Notes: generated from the sequence alone by a model not told the origin. A stretch of DNA of 62,474 bases, filler included, from Nemertoderma westbladi (GCA_032718475.1; 4 parts of 4 records of this genome joined end to end with filler, not necessarily neighbours in it), one strand, 5' to 3'; numbered from the whole stretch's first letter, positions 50,701-62,433 are shown. Program-made: numbers and translations.

Positions 50701-50807
50701 TGGGTAGAGGTCAGATCAAGCGCGCGGTATCATCGTTTCTATGTCAAAATCAATATCATTTTATAGAAATCAATAAGGGTACGTTAAGAGTGAACGGAAA
50801 GAAATAA
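47796..50807 (+). CDS. N4BP2: NEDD4-binding protein 2-like (P-loop polynucleotide kinase, CUE-like, DUF1771, Smr), single-exon CDS
   Basis: ILRGLPGSGKS, STDDYF, IVVDNTN...WEMKPY, RNCHGV; CUE-like LLSCFP and LCEMFP; AAAAYQ...AQYYAQQG; Smr LDLHMLH...VITGWG...NKGTLRV. Confidence 0.92.
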   Translation: MNEVVNYVKELFILRGLPGSGKSHLASTIILEDNRVGGVIYSTDDYFVDNQGCYRFDGHFLQDAHESCRQKTILALSRGVTPIVVDNTNTQTWEMKPYVMAGIQFNYNIVILEPQTYWKFNIRELSIRNCHGVSSSSLKRIKARWQSDNVVQNWLKSMLTNFQLNASANVIITDTPETIVDKTQSSDSTLEPTMTGDTREYNVSGNEQGIVCVESDNKLGFSSSSTNTPQPKSEIQDCDNSNVDWLDAKYAETLVTHIDSCETTLPTQNKQIGSSQNFSPSKKPRKLPSNLRRHGRESFALAINLKEGKSWEIPPFPINNGNNSTSNGNEVTGIPTPVCNVEETCDDFEHYSISSNINMESLDKSEAILNQSNSNQQSDASKTIDGTIVATLSGTGMDFAPSKNACNGEYATRYLDEAKFFDCKEIEEATNDDIDEFLNSTESCNPTLLSNYNSHNYMDNYKTCSDLSKGQKDERNVEFLLSCFPEVSETDLVHLLDQCGGDTNWAAEVLADDYSRLALSTVDDGGGPKHQVIKRDNVPKSSDVMLEQSESLDKFILYPQETNSLSCRKKFDKNDWENDFVPVLCSNMETNNVANISENLSGTSEGLETGVLWQPGGCSVEPSSQDIDSKQDPVADMQRRLCSQSDISVGLPKLQLSKEFVKMLTLKFDCEWLNEKLEDCTIELDDDVCLGLLRCLTNQHNRHQTVSTNHNYSSIENSIDNFPSLLDGNASCISSLPSNIPNAQDNIPVFTLEEYIESGLHSVISITAASSVLLATKIKLDKLCEMFPQIDKQVLNGLLYVNGDSLEQTIVATGRKVSISKPTAAEHLKVAPNELIPINKEPLKMLEFIPNNKSIPGLYQQFRFEATHQNKLRKEYFSRAAAAYQCKHYDIAQYYAQQGHYHTSRMLDANEKAAANIVQYNKRSRLKGDNILDLHMLHTKEAITYLQKRLNDLRVGQHLGVITGWGAGMGRGQIKRAVSSFLCQNQYHFIEINKGTLRVNGKK

Positions 50808-51960
50808 TGTTATTATTGTAAGTTGTTGGTATTTTTATAATTATAATACCGGTATATAAGCTATGTACCGCTGTTTTCATATATATATTTGTAAATGATT
50901 TCATTTTCGGCATAATCGTTGTTATAAATATTAAAGTTAAATATCAATCGCTAAATAATATTATATACACTTTTCATTGCACTATTCGTATGAGATAGAC
51001 ATGTGAATTAATATAGTATAATTATAATATAGTATATATATTATTATATTGGTGCATTGTATGGCGTATCTGGTGGAGATATATAATTTTTAAATATCGG
51101 ATAAAAATTTTTACTTTTTCATAAAAAATTAATAGAATGATGATATTTCTTATTTAATTTTAACATCTATTCATGGCTTGAAAATAGTATATATAATAGC
51201 CTACAACATACGAAATATCCGGCCGGATATTGTATGTATCTGCCCGGATTACTGGTTTAGCGGATATTGGCACGTTTTCGCCTGATATCCGTTCATGTCG
51301 GAGTCGGATATCCCCCATCCGGTGCACACCGGATATTTATAAGTTTCATGTAATTTTCATTTGGCTCGGCTTAGTAATTATCTCCCGGACGAAACTGCCG
51401 ACTTACCAAGGTGAGCCCAACGAAAGTTTTATTAATTTGTAATTGTTCCAATTCTGTGTCTTGTCCTTTGGCGTAATTGGCGTGGGCGTGGGGTGGACTT
51501 ATTCAAATTATTATTCTCTAAGGATTTAAATAATGCGACGATTAAATTGTCAGCTGTATGAATTCCAACTTTGGGCTATTTTGTAATGATACATACCTTT
51601 ATTTATACCAATAACTTACCACCCTGACTTTTCTAGTTTTGTGCCTACTGGATTAATTTTTTTTATTTCTAATTAAGTGGGAACCATTTTCGAATCGAAT
51701 ACCGCATGTAATGATTGGTTTCCATTTGTCTTATGTTATAATATTGAATTATTTGTTGTATATACCGGTATTTGTATTTATATTTATTTAATATATTTAT
51801 ATTTTTACTGGTATTAATTAAGGCAAATAAGTTGAAACAGAGACATGTTTTACTTAATCCCAGCTGATCCAGGGATTATTTTGAAAAATACCGGAGCCAG
51901 ACCTACTTTGCTTATTTTATAGGCTACTTTCGATTGATTATAGGACGTACAGGTACGTAT

Positions 51961-52475
51961 TAGGGATGCAACAGAGCTATAATTTCAACCGGAGCCCGGA
52001 GGTTTCTCCAGGTTACAATATGAGCTCCGGCCCCAGACGGAGCCGGAGATTTGGTGATTGATAATTCCAATGTATTATTACAATAGAATAGAAAGATATG
52101 AGTTCATGAAACGGGGGCGGGGGTTGACTAAACGCAAAGTTGCTGCCTAAAGAATTAGGTTTACAGCTGATTAGTGATTATGAGTATAAAATTAATCTGT
52201 AACATGTGCTGTTAAATCTCGTTTATTGTTTTGGTTAGAATAATACCGTTATGCCACTATATAACCTACTCCTTTATCTTAACTGCTATTTTCTCTTCCC
52301 ACTAATATCTGACTGCATTGGATCTAACGCTGTTTATAGTCAGGTTGTGGTGATATACACTCCATTGCGTGGACTATCATGTCAATTATTCATACATCCA
52401 AAAAATGAATTTCAACAACATAAGCTCCGGATTAATTGGCCCGGATTTCCGGACCGGAATTCTGTTGCATCCCTA
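51961..52475. mobile_element. hAT-type MITE (515 bp)
   Basis: TIR TAGGGATGCAACAGA; perfect 8-bp TSD GTACGTAT at 51953-51960 and 52476-52483; CCGGA subterminal repeats. Confidence 0.93.
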
Positions 52476-52878
52476 GTACGTATGACCTGAGATCTATTTT
52501 TTTTTTATTGACTTACAGTAAATCCAACCCATTCAACCCCTACAGAATGGAAAAAATAAGCGTGGAAAAAGTGCTGCTTGAGTTATTGTTAATATTTACA
52601 TTAATTTATTCCTACAGGTACTTCGTTAATTGAATAAGTAACTTATTTTACAACTGTTCAAATCATATACCGGTACCCTACTACTATGTACTATAAACGT
52701 GGTCATTTACGAATATGTTGTGCACAGGTGTAGTACTCTACTCGACCCCTTAACAAGCATCGTTACGCTCGGTCTCTTCATTTGGTCGCCGTAAGATTGC
52801 CAACAACAAAGGAAAAGAGCTCAACATGCTCAAATTAAGTACCTTGCCCTTAAGCAGGGATCGTACGGTAGTAAATTT

Positions 52879-53499
52879 TTGCGGTAGCGGTAACGGTATG
52901 GCTTTGCGGTAGCGGTAACGGTATGGCTTTGCGGTAGCGGTAACGGTATGGCTTTGCGGTAGCGGTAACGGTATGGCTTTGCGGTAGCGGTAACGGTATG
53001 GCTTTGCGGTAGCGGTAACGGTATGGCTTTGCGGTAGCGTAACGGTATGGCTTTGCGGTAACGGTATGGCTTTGCGGTAGCGGTAACGGTATGGCTTTGC
53101 GGTAGCGGTAACGGTGTGGCTTTGCGGTAGCGGTAACGGTATGGCTTTGCGGTAGCGGTAACGGTATGTATGGCTTTGCGGTAGCGGTAACGGTATGGCT
53201 TTGCGGTAGCGGTAACGGTATGGCTTTGCGGTAGCGGTAACGGTATGGCTTTGCGGTAGCGGTAACGGTATGGCTTTGCGGTAGCGGTAACGGTATGGCT
53301 TTGCGGTAGCGGTAACGGTATGGCTTTGCGGTAGCGGTAACGGTATGGCTTTGCGGTAGCGGTAACGGTATGGCTTTGCGGTAGCGGTAACGGTGTGGCT
53401 TTGCGGTAGCTGTAAAGGTATGGCTTTGCGGTAGCGGTAACGGTATGGCTTTGCGGTAGCGGTAACGGTATGGCTTTGCGGTAGCGGTAACGGTATGGC
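52879..53499. repeat. 25-bp satellite running to the contig end
   Basis: Unit GCGGTAGCGGTAACGGTATGGCTTT, about 25 copies. Confidence 0.97.
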
Positions 53500-53599
53500 N
53501 NNNNNNNNNNNNNNNNNNNNNNNNNNNNNNNNNNNNNNNNNNNTTAATTAATTAANNNNNNNNNNNNNNNNNNNNNNNNNNNNNNNNNNNNNNNNNNNN
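53500..53599. other. Artificial contig linker
   Basis: N44-TTAATTAATTAA-N44. Confidence 0.98.
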
Positions 53600-53859
53600 T
53601 TTTCCTCCCTTCGGATATCCCCTCCTCGTAAAATAAAATAAGAACATAAATAAAATAAAAACATAAAATAAAATAAAAACGTACTGTATATACATGAAAT
53701 AGGTATTATCTTAAAAACAATCTTAAAGCATAAGAGTTTATGTCATAACCTTTAGGCATATATAGAGTTTTCCTCCTCGATCAGTTTGTTAAGCAAGTAT
53801 GATTTAACTTTGTGTTTAAAGGTCTCAATTGTTGGGGCGTTTCTTATGTCCGATGGCAA

Positions 53860-55681
53860 CAGGGGCGCAGCCACGTAACCAAAAGTGGGGGGGGGGGGGG
53901 GGGGGCGATAAAATAATTTTAGGTCCGGCGTAACTCCCCCCCCCCCCCCCCCCCAAAAAAAAATAATTTTTTTTTTATAAATCTTAATGAGATTGTATGC
54001 AATTTGAAACATCGATAGTTTCACCTCAATCTTCCTCCTTACTGGGAGAGCCAGAATTTTTATTTTCGCTTTCATTCTTTAGCTACAAGCTTTTGAAAAA
54101 GGTGTTTAAAAGATAGAAATAAGCGTTATAAAGGACAACTCTACAGTTGATTACTATTGAGAAGTTAAAAAAAATAAAAATTCTTCAGATATACAATTAC
54201 AATAAAATTTAGACCGCAAAGGGAAAACCTGGTATTCTTCACATTGGCGTTTGAACCAATTGCAACTCAATTATTCGTCAACCTTAAAGTGATTCGTTGG
54301 TGGAGAACGAAAGATCGCGATGATGGATTCCAAATATGTAAAAACATTTGAATTTGGTTTGGAAATAGCTGATTTATGAGCATTTGGATGTGCATGTATT
54401 TGCTTCGGTTCCGCTGCAGGCTATTTATTCTACTTAATAAATACACAATATTCTGGAATATTTGTTTATGTATGAATGGCTGCGTACTGTAGTATTACTG
54501 TATTATATACAGTAGGTATTGTATTGTTGCCCAGCTACTGATAAGTTACATATTAGAATGTAGAATATATGGACTCCAACGCAGCTCAACGCAAAATATG
54601 TAACTTTCAACGCCCATTAAAGTGCCATATCTCAGATATTCCTTTTGAAAAATTCTGAATTTATTACATTATTTAGTTTCCCTGCAACAACGTCATCTTC
54701 AGAAATTCTAACAACGTCGTAACCTCAGTATTCCCGACCTCAGTCAGTCAAGTTAAAGCGAAAAAGTGCAAATTAATCATCAAGCCGAAGGATGCGAAAA
54801 TTGTAATAACTATTTACCTACTTGTGTGTAAAGTAGCACTTTACAGTGTGATGATCCGAGTGGACTTATTTTCACTCACGCCATTCGTTATCGTTACCAA
54901 CGAACCGTCTATAAGATTAAAAGGTGGACTGAGATACCTATTTTAAAGCGCTTGTAGGTAGGGCTCGACCGGAGCAGGAGCCGGAGTTGGACAATTTGGC
55001 CGGAGCCGGAGCAGGAGCCGGAGTTTTTCAAAAATTTAATTATTTATTTAAAAAAAAATAAAGTATGGTTTTCGTTCGCCAATCGCTCATAATCAATCAT
55101 ACTGTAGTCTGTAGGTCTAATTAATTTCATAATTTATAGATTTACGAATTTTCAATTTAAAATTTTAGTAATTAATTCATTACAGACAGACAGACAGACG
55201 GCCTGACGCTGACAGCTAAAAATTACCTACAGTACGGTACCTAACTCACTAACTGTCTAACTGTGGTAGAGGTGTGTACTGTAAGTAGCCTACCGTACAG
55301 CCGTACGTGTATCAGTACTGCAGTACAGTATGCTGGTATCACAGCAGTAAATGGCTGCAGTGGTACAGTGTACAATCATAGCATTTACAATGTTTTACAG
55401 TAGGTAGGGCCTATCTGTCAGTCTGTAATCTGGTAATAGTGGCAGACTGGTACTGGCCAGCTGGCCAGTACCAGTCTGCCAGTACTACAGTACAGTCAGT
55501 CAGTCATTAACTTTAAGTAAATACTATTATAATAGTAAGTAATATTGAAGCTGTACTACAGTACTTATAGTGTAAATAATTGTTCAGATTAGAATATGCA
55601 CGAAATATAATACTTTATTAAAAAATTAACTCCGGCAATATTTTTACCGGAGCCGGAGCAGGAGCCGGAGGTGCCAAAATG

Positions 55682-55712
<31 letters not shown>

Positions 55713-56135
55713 GCCGGAGCTCCGATCGAGCCCTACTTGTAGGTAAGGATTGAAAGCGAAGGCGGGTTGAATTAACAAAAAATTTAATTATCAATAAATT
55801 TGTTTTAGTTATTCTAACCAAAACAATATAAGACGAAATTGTAGGGATATGAAAATACACTTTATATTAACAGACTTATATTGACAGGGCAAAAACAGTT
55901 CATGGTATTTGGAAATAGGGGACATGGTTGGGAAGGTTAGAAATGTACGTAGGAGTTAATAGTTAAACTGTAATACCCGATCAGAGATTGTTACGATTAT
56001 TTCAATTTTAAATTGTATATAGAAAGTGTAAAAAGTGCCGGGGACATATGATATAGTGTCCCCCCCTACCTGAAAAGTGGGAGGGACGTGTCCCCCCCGC
56101 CCCCCCCCCCCCCCCCCCCTATGGCTGCGCCACTG
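53860..56135. mobile_element. Non-autonomous hAT element (2276 bp) containing a nested hAT MITE
   Basis: TIR CAG(G/T)GGCGCAGCCA; perfect 8-bp TSD GATGGCAA at 53852-53859 and 56136-56143. Confidence 0.92.
54959..55735. mobile_element. hAT-type MITE (777 bp), nested
   Basis: TIR TAGGGCTCGA(C/T)CGGAGC; perfect 8-bp TSD CTTGTAGG at 54951-54958 and 55736-55743; (CCGGAG)n subterminal repeats. Confidence 0.93.
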
Positions 56136-59100
56136 GATGGCAACGCATTCCATAGAACTGGCTGACTGGTCCCTGATGAGCGAAAGATTCACAACCAACT
56201 GTTGTGCGGTGGAAGGGGACAACAGCCTGAGAAACCCCACTACGTAAACGAGCAGACCTGTCCGAGAAGGTAACCAAGTCCTGCAGGTAGGCTGGGGATT
56301 GGTGGTTACGAATACGGAACATATGTGTTAGTATTATTTGCTGAACACGTTCCCGTATTGGTAACCAGTTTATTTCAACTAGATCCTCTATACCGATGTG
56401 GCTACGAGGTCGACGAGACAGACAATACCGTATGCATTTCCGCAATAACGCATCTGCCTGCCTTTTTAGTTGCGATGGGGCACTTATGTACCAGCAAGGG
56501 GAAGCAAAGTCAAGGTGAGGTTGAATCAAAGTATTGACAAGAGGCCGCCGGAGCGATTGAGGGATAGATGCTGAGTTCCGGTAGAGGAAGCGGAGTGTTG
56601 CATTTCCTTTACGAATAGCCTTACGAGCAGCCATTTCACCTGACAGTGATGGATCAAGAGGACATCCAAGGAAGTTAACAGTTTTTCCTGCTGGGAGACT
56701 TTTACCTTGGTAGATTACATTAAAGTTGTCAACATCTGAAAGTCGCTGATGAGTTCCAAAAAGCATAACCTCGAACTTTCTGGGTGTATGCTTAAACGGT
56801 TGTTTATTGCCCATGTTGACACTTTCGATAGCTTATTTGCTAATGACTTAGCTATTTCTGCAGGATTTGTGCCAGAAGTAAGTAGGTTAGTGTCATCAAC
56901 ATACTTTGGCGATGGGTCTGCTTGTGTATCGACAGCTGTGTTAAAGTCTACCAGAGGATGAGTAAGCAGTTCCATGTTACTTTCTTCTCTAGGATTGGCT
57001 AGCATTACCTTGTTGCTAACTACCGCTGGTCCTATTGCTAGGTTGTGCTTGTTGCCCAAGGTCTTCTTGGAATTCGAAGGAGAATGGGTTGTGGCATCCA
57101 GTGTTTGGGTTAGAGAAGTACCTTCGATGGCGAGGTTAAAGTCGTTAATGTAGTCGAGAAACATTAGCACACCAAGAAGGGACCCTTGTGGAACACCTAT
57201 ATCAGTTGATAATACCTGTGATTTAGACTTTGCAATTTGTACAAATTGAGAGCGACCAGTCAAATATGAGCGGAACCATAAAACAGTAGATTGTGAAAAG
57301 CCAATAAATTTCAGTTTATGAAGCAGAAGGTTATGGTCAACTGTATCAAAAGCACGCTGGAGATCTATGGCTACCATTCCGACGAGTTTACCAGAATCCA
57401 TTGCATTATTTATATAGTTATCTAGAAATAGAAGGGAGGTCTGGACAGAGTGTCCAGGCCTCGAACCGGATTGGAATTTATCAATAATTTTTGAAGAGTG
57501 GAAGAATTCCATTACTTGGTCAAAAATGAATTTTTCTAGAACCTTGGAGACAATCTGTAACAATATGATATACCGGTAGGTCTGTAATTTGGGCGAATTA
57601 GGCGGTTTGCTTTTTTGTGAACAGGAGTAATCTTGGCAAGTTTGTATATTGTTGGGAAGGTATTATTGGTTATAGAAAGATTCACGATATGTGTGATGTA
57701 GGGAGATAGGGTAGGCCAAAGTCTTAAGCTTTAAGTAGGCCAAAGTCCTACTGTCAGACTGTTACCGGTACTGTGTACTGACATTGTCTATAGCTGTATA
57801 CTGGTATAGGCCTACTTCAGTACTTACTGTGTTACCTGGTTACTGACTTACCGCACTTCACTAGGCCCTGCTGCAGTACTGCAGTACTCTGCCTACTGCC
57901 ATACTTTCAGACTTTGTAGCTTGTAGGCCAGTGTAGGCCTAGGCCTACTTTACATTATTCCATTTTGTACAAAACAAGTGATGTGGTTGGAGAAAGCTGC
58001 TACTAAGCAGCAACCAATCACTTAATCCTGTTTAACACAGAGTCAATGAGCATGGAATATTGCATATTGGTAACTTGAAAAAGTTCAAGTTACCATTATT
58101 CCATATCTCAGTGTACACTATTATCACATTTATACTAGAAAGCCAGCAAGCTGGCTGGAAGGAGCCCAGGGGAAGAATCCTAGCCAAGACTATTACAAAT
58201 AACTATGTCAGTCAGCAGTAAGTAAACTAAACAATTGTCTAAACTGTATGGCGTGAGGCTAGCTGACTTTGTGGCTCGCCCCACATAATAAAAAATGCAA
58301 CTTAGCTACCACTAACAAAAATATAATATGAAGCAAATAATTTATTCATTATCAAGCACGTTTACAAGATATAAGATGCGATTACCGAATATTTATAAAA
58401 AAAAGCCCTTGATGCACAACCAGATAAATAACAACGAATACTGTATAGCCAAATAACAAATTTAGTTTCCTTCTATAGGTATTTACCCCGTCGTCGTCAA
58501 GCGGAATATCTCTTCCCAGTGAATCCTATGTGAATATGTAATATAGGATGGACTGTCAGACAGTTGATTTCAACATGCCTATGCCAAAACATTCAAAATT
58601 TGTTGATTTCCCATGATTACATGATTTGTTTAATGTTTAATGTTTAATAGTTTGGGTATAAGAAAGCTAATGCTTATGGAACCCGTACACACCAAAAGAA
58701 AGTCCAACTGAAAGTAATTATAACAGTACCGGTAAGTAATTAAGTATTGCGACCAATACCGACCATGTTTACGAAACAATGACAAAAACATATATAAAAC
58801 AATTGAAACATAAAAGGACGCAGTTAAATTAAAATAGTGTTCTTATAAAAATGGTTACTAATAAAATGTCTTGCTTGCTAAAGGGTTAAAGTGACGTCTG
58901 TAAAATCACGAGTATACACAGCAAATTACATAACAGTCGATAAAGTCAGATACATACACTAAAAATTACAAATATACATTAGAATTACTAAACAAATTCA
59001 ATAAAATGACAGTCTATATAGTATCACGAGTATACACAGAAAGTTACATATCAGTCGATAAAATCGGATACAAGTATATCGGTTAGGGCTAATATCGATA

Positions 59101-59643
59101 GTTTAAGGGTTGGAAATAAAATATAAAATTAATTTAAAATATCAGATAATCCATAGCTATAAAAACAGTACGGTATGTAAAATAGATCAAGACATTTGAA
59201 CACTTAAATTTACATGGATTAGCTAACACTACACGATGAGAAAATAAGTACCGGTACACAGTTTAAGCTTTAAGGGTTAAAATAAAATATAAAATAAAAT
59301 TAAAATATTCGATAAAATCGTTGTATAGAAACAGTTTGGTATGTAGAACTGATGGATTTAATTAAAATAAAATATTGCATATGAATTGGATTATTTAAGA
59401 AATAACAAATAACAGTTGCACCATTTGGGTCTATTTAAAAATACGAACGATTGGTAAGAGATTATACTGTAAGTTACATAAAAATAAGTAGATCAAGTGA
59501 AAAATAAGTAGATAAGTAAAATAAGATAAAATGGAATGAAAGTTGGTGTTGTAATTAAAAAAAATTTTAAAATATATGATAGATAAAACAACGTTAATGT
59601 GATGAAAAAAAGTTGGTGATTATTAATGCAGGTAATAAGTGGA

Positions 59644-60215
59644 TTATGTGAGGTTCCACCACGAGGGGGTGAATTTCAGGGGTAAATGTTTATAATGAGT
59701 GTTCAGCCTGGATTTGAAGGTGTTTAGCGAGGGTGAGGTGACTATATTATCGGTCAGTGCATTCCATGGGTCAATGACCCGGAAGTGGAAGGTAGAGTTC
59801 CGTTGGAGTAATCTCGCACGTGGTTTCTGGAGTTTTAGGGAATGGCCGCGAGTACTGCTGGAGGAGAGAGTAAATAGATGGTCGACTGACTCCAGACCCG
59901 ACAGATACCGATAGACCTGGACGAGGTCAGCGCGGTGGCGACGATACTCGAGGGTCGGGAGGCCCAGTTGCCGCAAACGAAGAGGGTACGGTGTGTCTCG
60001 CAGGTTGGCTACTAACCGAGTAGCTCGCCGTTGGACTGATTCAATCAGCCGTGTCTCTCCGATCCGATGTGGCGACCAGACAGTGGAGGCATACTCCAGT
60101 GTTGGTCGTACGAGGGCTTTGTAGAGATTGATGAAGATATCCCCATCCAGGTGCTTGAATGTCCGATATATTAATCCAAGAGTTCGGTTTGCTTTTTTCA
60201 CGATCGTTGCAATAT
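59644..60215 (-). mobile_element. CR1-clade LINE 3' fragment
   Basis: KANRTLGLIYRTF, LYKALVRPTLEYASTVWSP, ESVQRRATRL, TRGHSLKL, FKSRL. Confidence 0.92.
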
Positions 60216-60359
60216 GGACTATGAGATATATATGGACTATATAGACTATGAGATATAATTCCATATGCGCCTGTGGTAAAAGACTCTAAATTTAATAGTT
60301 TGTGGTTGTTGTCGATAATCGATTACCACATGACGTAGCAAAACACTCATTTTATAGCC

Positions 60360-60890
60360 AAAAACAATTACCAATTGATGGAAAGGAGTAGGTTAAGGCC
60401 GGATAAAAACAATAAACAGTCACTTTACCAAATCAGGGAAAGGAGCAGGTTACAGAGATGGGATTTTCTAACCAAAACAATAAACGATAACATTACCAAT
60501 TGAGAGAAAGGAGCAGGTTACAGATGCGGGATTTTCTAACCAAAACAATAAACAGTCACTTTACCAAATCAGGGGAAGGAGCAGGTTACAGAGACGGGAT
60601 TTTCTAACCAAAACAATAAACGATAACATTGCCAGTTGAGAGAAAGGAGCAGGTTACAGAGGCGGGATTTCCTAACCAAAACAATAAACGATCACTTAAT
60701 TAATTGAGAGAAAGGGGCAGGTTACAGGGGCGGGATTTTCTAACCAAAACAATAAACAGTCACTTTACAAAATGAAGGAAAGGAGCAGGTTACAGAGGCG
60801 GGCCTTTCTAACCAAACAATAAACGGTCACTTTACCAAATCAGGCAAAGGAGCAGGTTACAGATGAGGCGGGATTTTCTAATCAAAACAA
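60360..60890. repeat. ~68-bp minisatellite, about 8 copies
   Basis: Unit AACCAAAACAATAAACAGTCACTTTACCAAATCAGGGAAAGGAGCAGGTTACAGAGATGGGATTTTCT and variants. Confidence 0.92.
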
Positions 60891-60944
60891 CCGGTCAGCC
60901 GGTAGTATTTAAATGGTAGGCTACACCCTCAGGCTGCACATAAA

Positions 60945-62433
60945 TCCTAAATCTGCAACTAATGATACTTTTCCGATGAAACTACTTCTACTAGCAGCTA
61001 AACCTATATCTATTCGATTAAGCAAACTAATAAACTTATCTATAAACCAAGGATTCTTCCCCAAGTCACTTCAAATAGCCAAAATGATCCCCTCTTTTAA
61101 ATCTGAAGATCCGACGGACCCAAATAATTATCGACCCATTTCACTCTTACCTGTATTAAGCAAAATATTTGAGCAAATTATAAATTCTCAGCTACAATCC
61201 TACCTCTCAAAATATAATATCCTTTCAAATTCGCAATATGGTTTTCGCGCCAAAACATCAACATCTCATGCCCTTATTTCAGTCATTGAAAAAATTCACC
61301 AAGCATTAGATAACAAAAACTCGACCTGCGCTATTTATATTGACTTGAGGAAAGCATTCGATACTGTGAACCATAAAATTTTACTTGACAAGCTCAACTG
61401 CTATGGCGTACGCGGGGTCCCTCTAAAACTAATAAGCAGCTTTCTATCATCTAGACTTCAGTACGTTTCCGTAGATAATCACTGTTCCTCTCTCCTCCCC
61501 CTCCTCTGTGGGCTCCCACAAGGAGGAGTTCTATCCCCCTTACTGTTTCTACTCTATATAAACGATCTCCCTAATGCCACTACCCTCCTATCCACACTAT
61601 TCGCTGATGACACGACTCTCTATCAAGCTGGAAACAATATAACTACTTTAACCAATAATATAAATTCTGAATTAAATAACGTTGCTGACTGGCTGATAGA
61701 CAATCGTCTCTCTTTGAATTAAAAAAAAACTGAATCAACTATTTTCTCAAATGTATTAAAAAATCCTCAGGATACACTTAGATTAATAATAAACCACCAA
61801 AACATCAAACTAACAAACTGCACAAAATTTTTAGGAATCTATGTAGATAACAAGTTAACATGGAAATCACACATCAAACACATACTCTCTAAAATATCTA
61901 AGTCTTCAGGTATATTTTATAAACTACGACACATATTTCCACAACATATCCTTAGGCAACTATATTTCACGCTAATACATCCCTACCTTAACTACGGCAT
62001 TATACTATGGGGTAGTGCGCATTCTACTACACTAAATCCCCTAAAAACTAAAATAAATAAAATAGTTAGGTGTATTACCTTTAGTCACTATAGATCTTCA
62101 GCTCTCCCTATCTACAAATCACTATCAATACTCCATCTAGATTCACTATATAAGTTCCACGTAGCTAACTTCATGTACAATATAAATAACAACTTAATAC
62201 AAAACGATACACTGCAAAATTTATTTAGGAAATCCTCCAGCATACATAGTTACAGTACACGCTCAGCGGCTCGTGGAGACTTTTACATTGATACAGTAAG
62301 ACTAGACTCCTCACAACGATACGTGAGTTTTCAAGGTCCTATGGTCTGGAATAAACTACCCCTGGAAATTCGAAAATGCAAAACAAAAGGTTTATTTACA
62401 AAAAAACTAAAACAACATCTCTTAGCTCTATAA
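60945..62433 (+). mobile_element. L2/Crack-like LINE RT, 5'-truncated, disrupted at a poly-A run near 61720
   Basis: NNYRPISLLP, QYGFR, IDLRKAFDTVNH, GLPQGGVLSPLLFLLYIND, FADDT, KFLGIYVD, HSYSTRS, WNKLP. Confidence 0.92.

Larger units (their letters stand above)
53630..57715 (-). mobile_element. CR1/L2-group LINE, 5'-truncated and frameshifted, interrupted at 53860-56135
   Basis: IDLQRAFDTVDH, GVPQGSLLG, YIND...YVDDT, NFLGCPLDPSLS; removing the insertion restores WNALPSDIRNAPTIETFKHKVKSYL; TTTTA-rich 3' end. Confidence 0.9.

Noticed and set aside
55618-55860. PAPAPA-repeat protein
   Set aside because: Translation of (CCGGAG)n subterminal repeats of the hAT MITE
54284-55870. Possible additional TTAA-type element inside the large hAT
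   Set aside because: Only a weak terminal match (TTAAAGTG...CACTTTA) and no clean TSD
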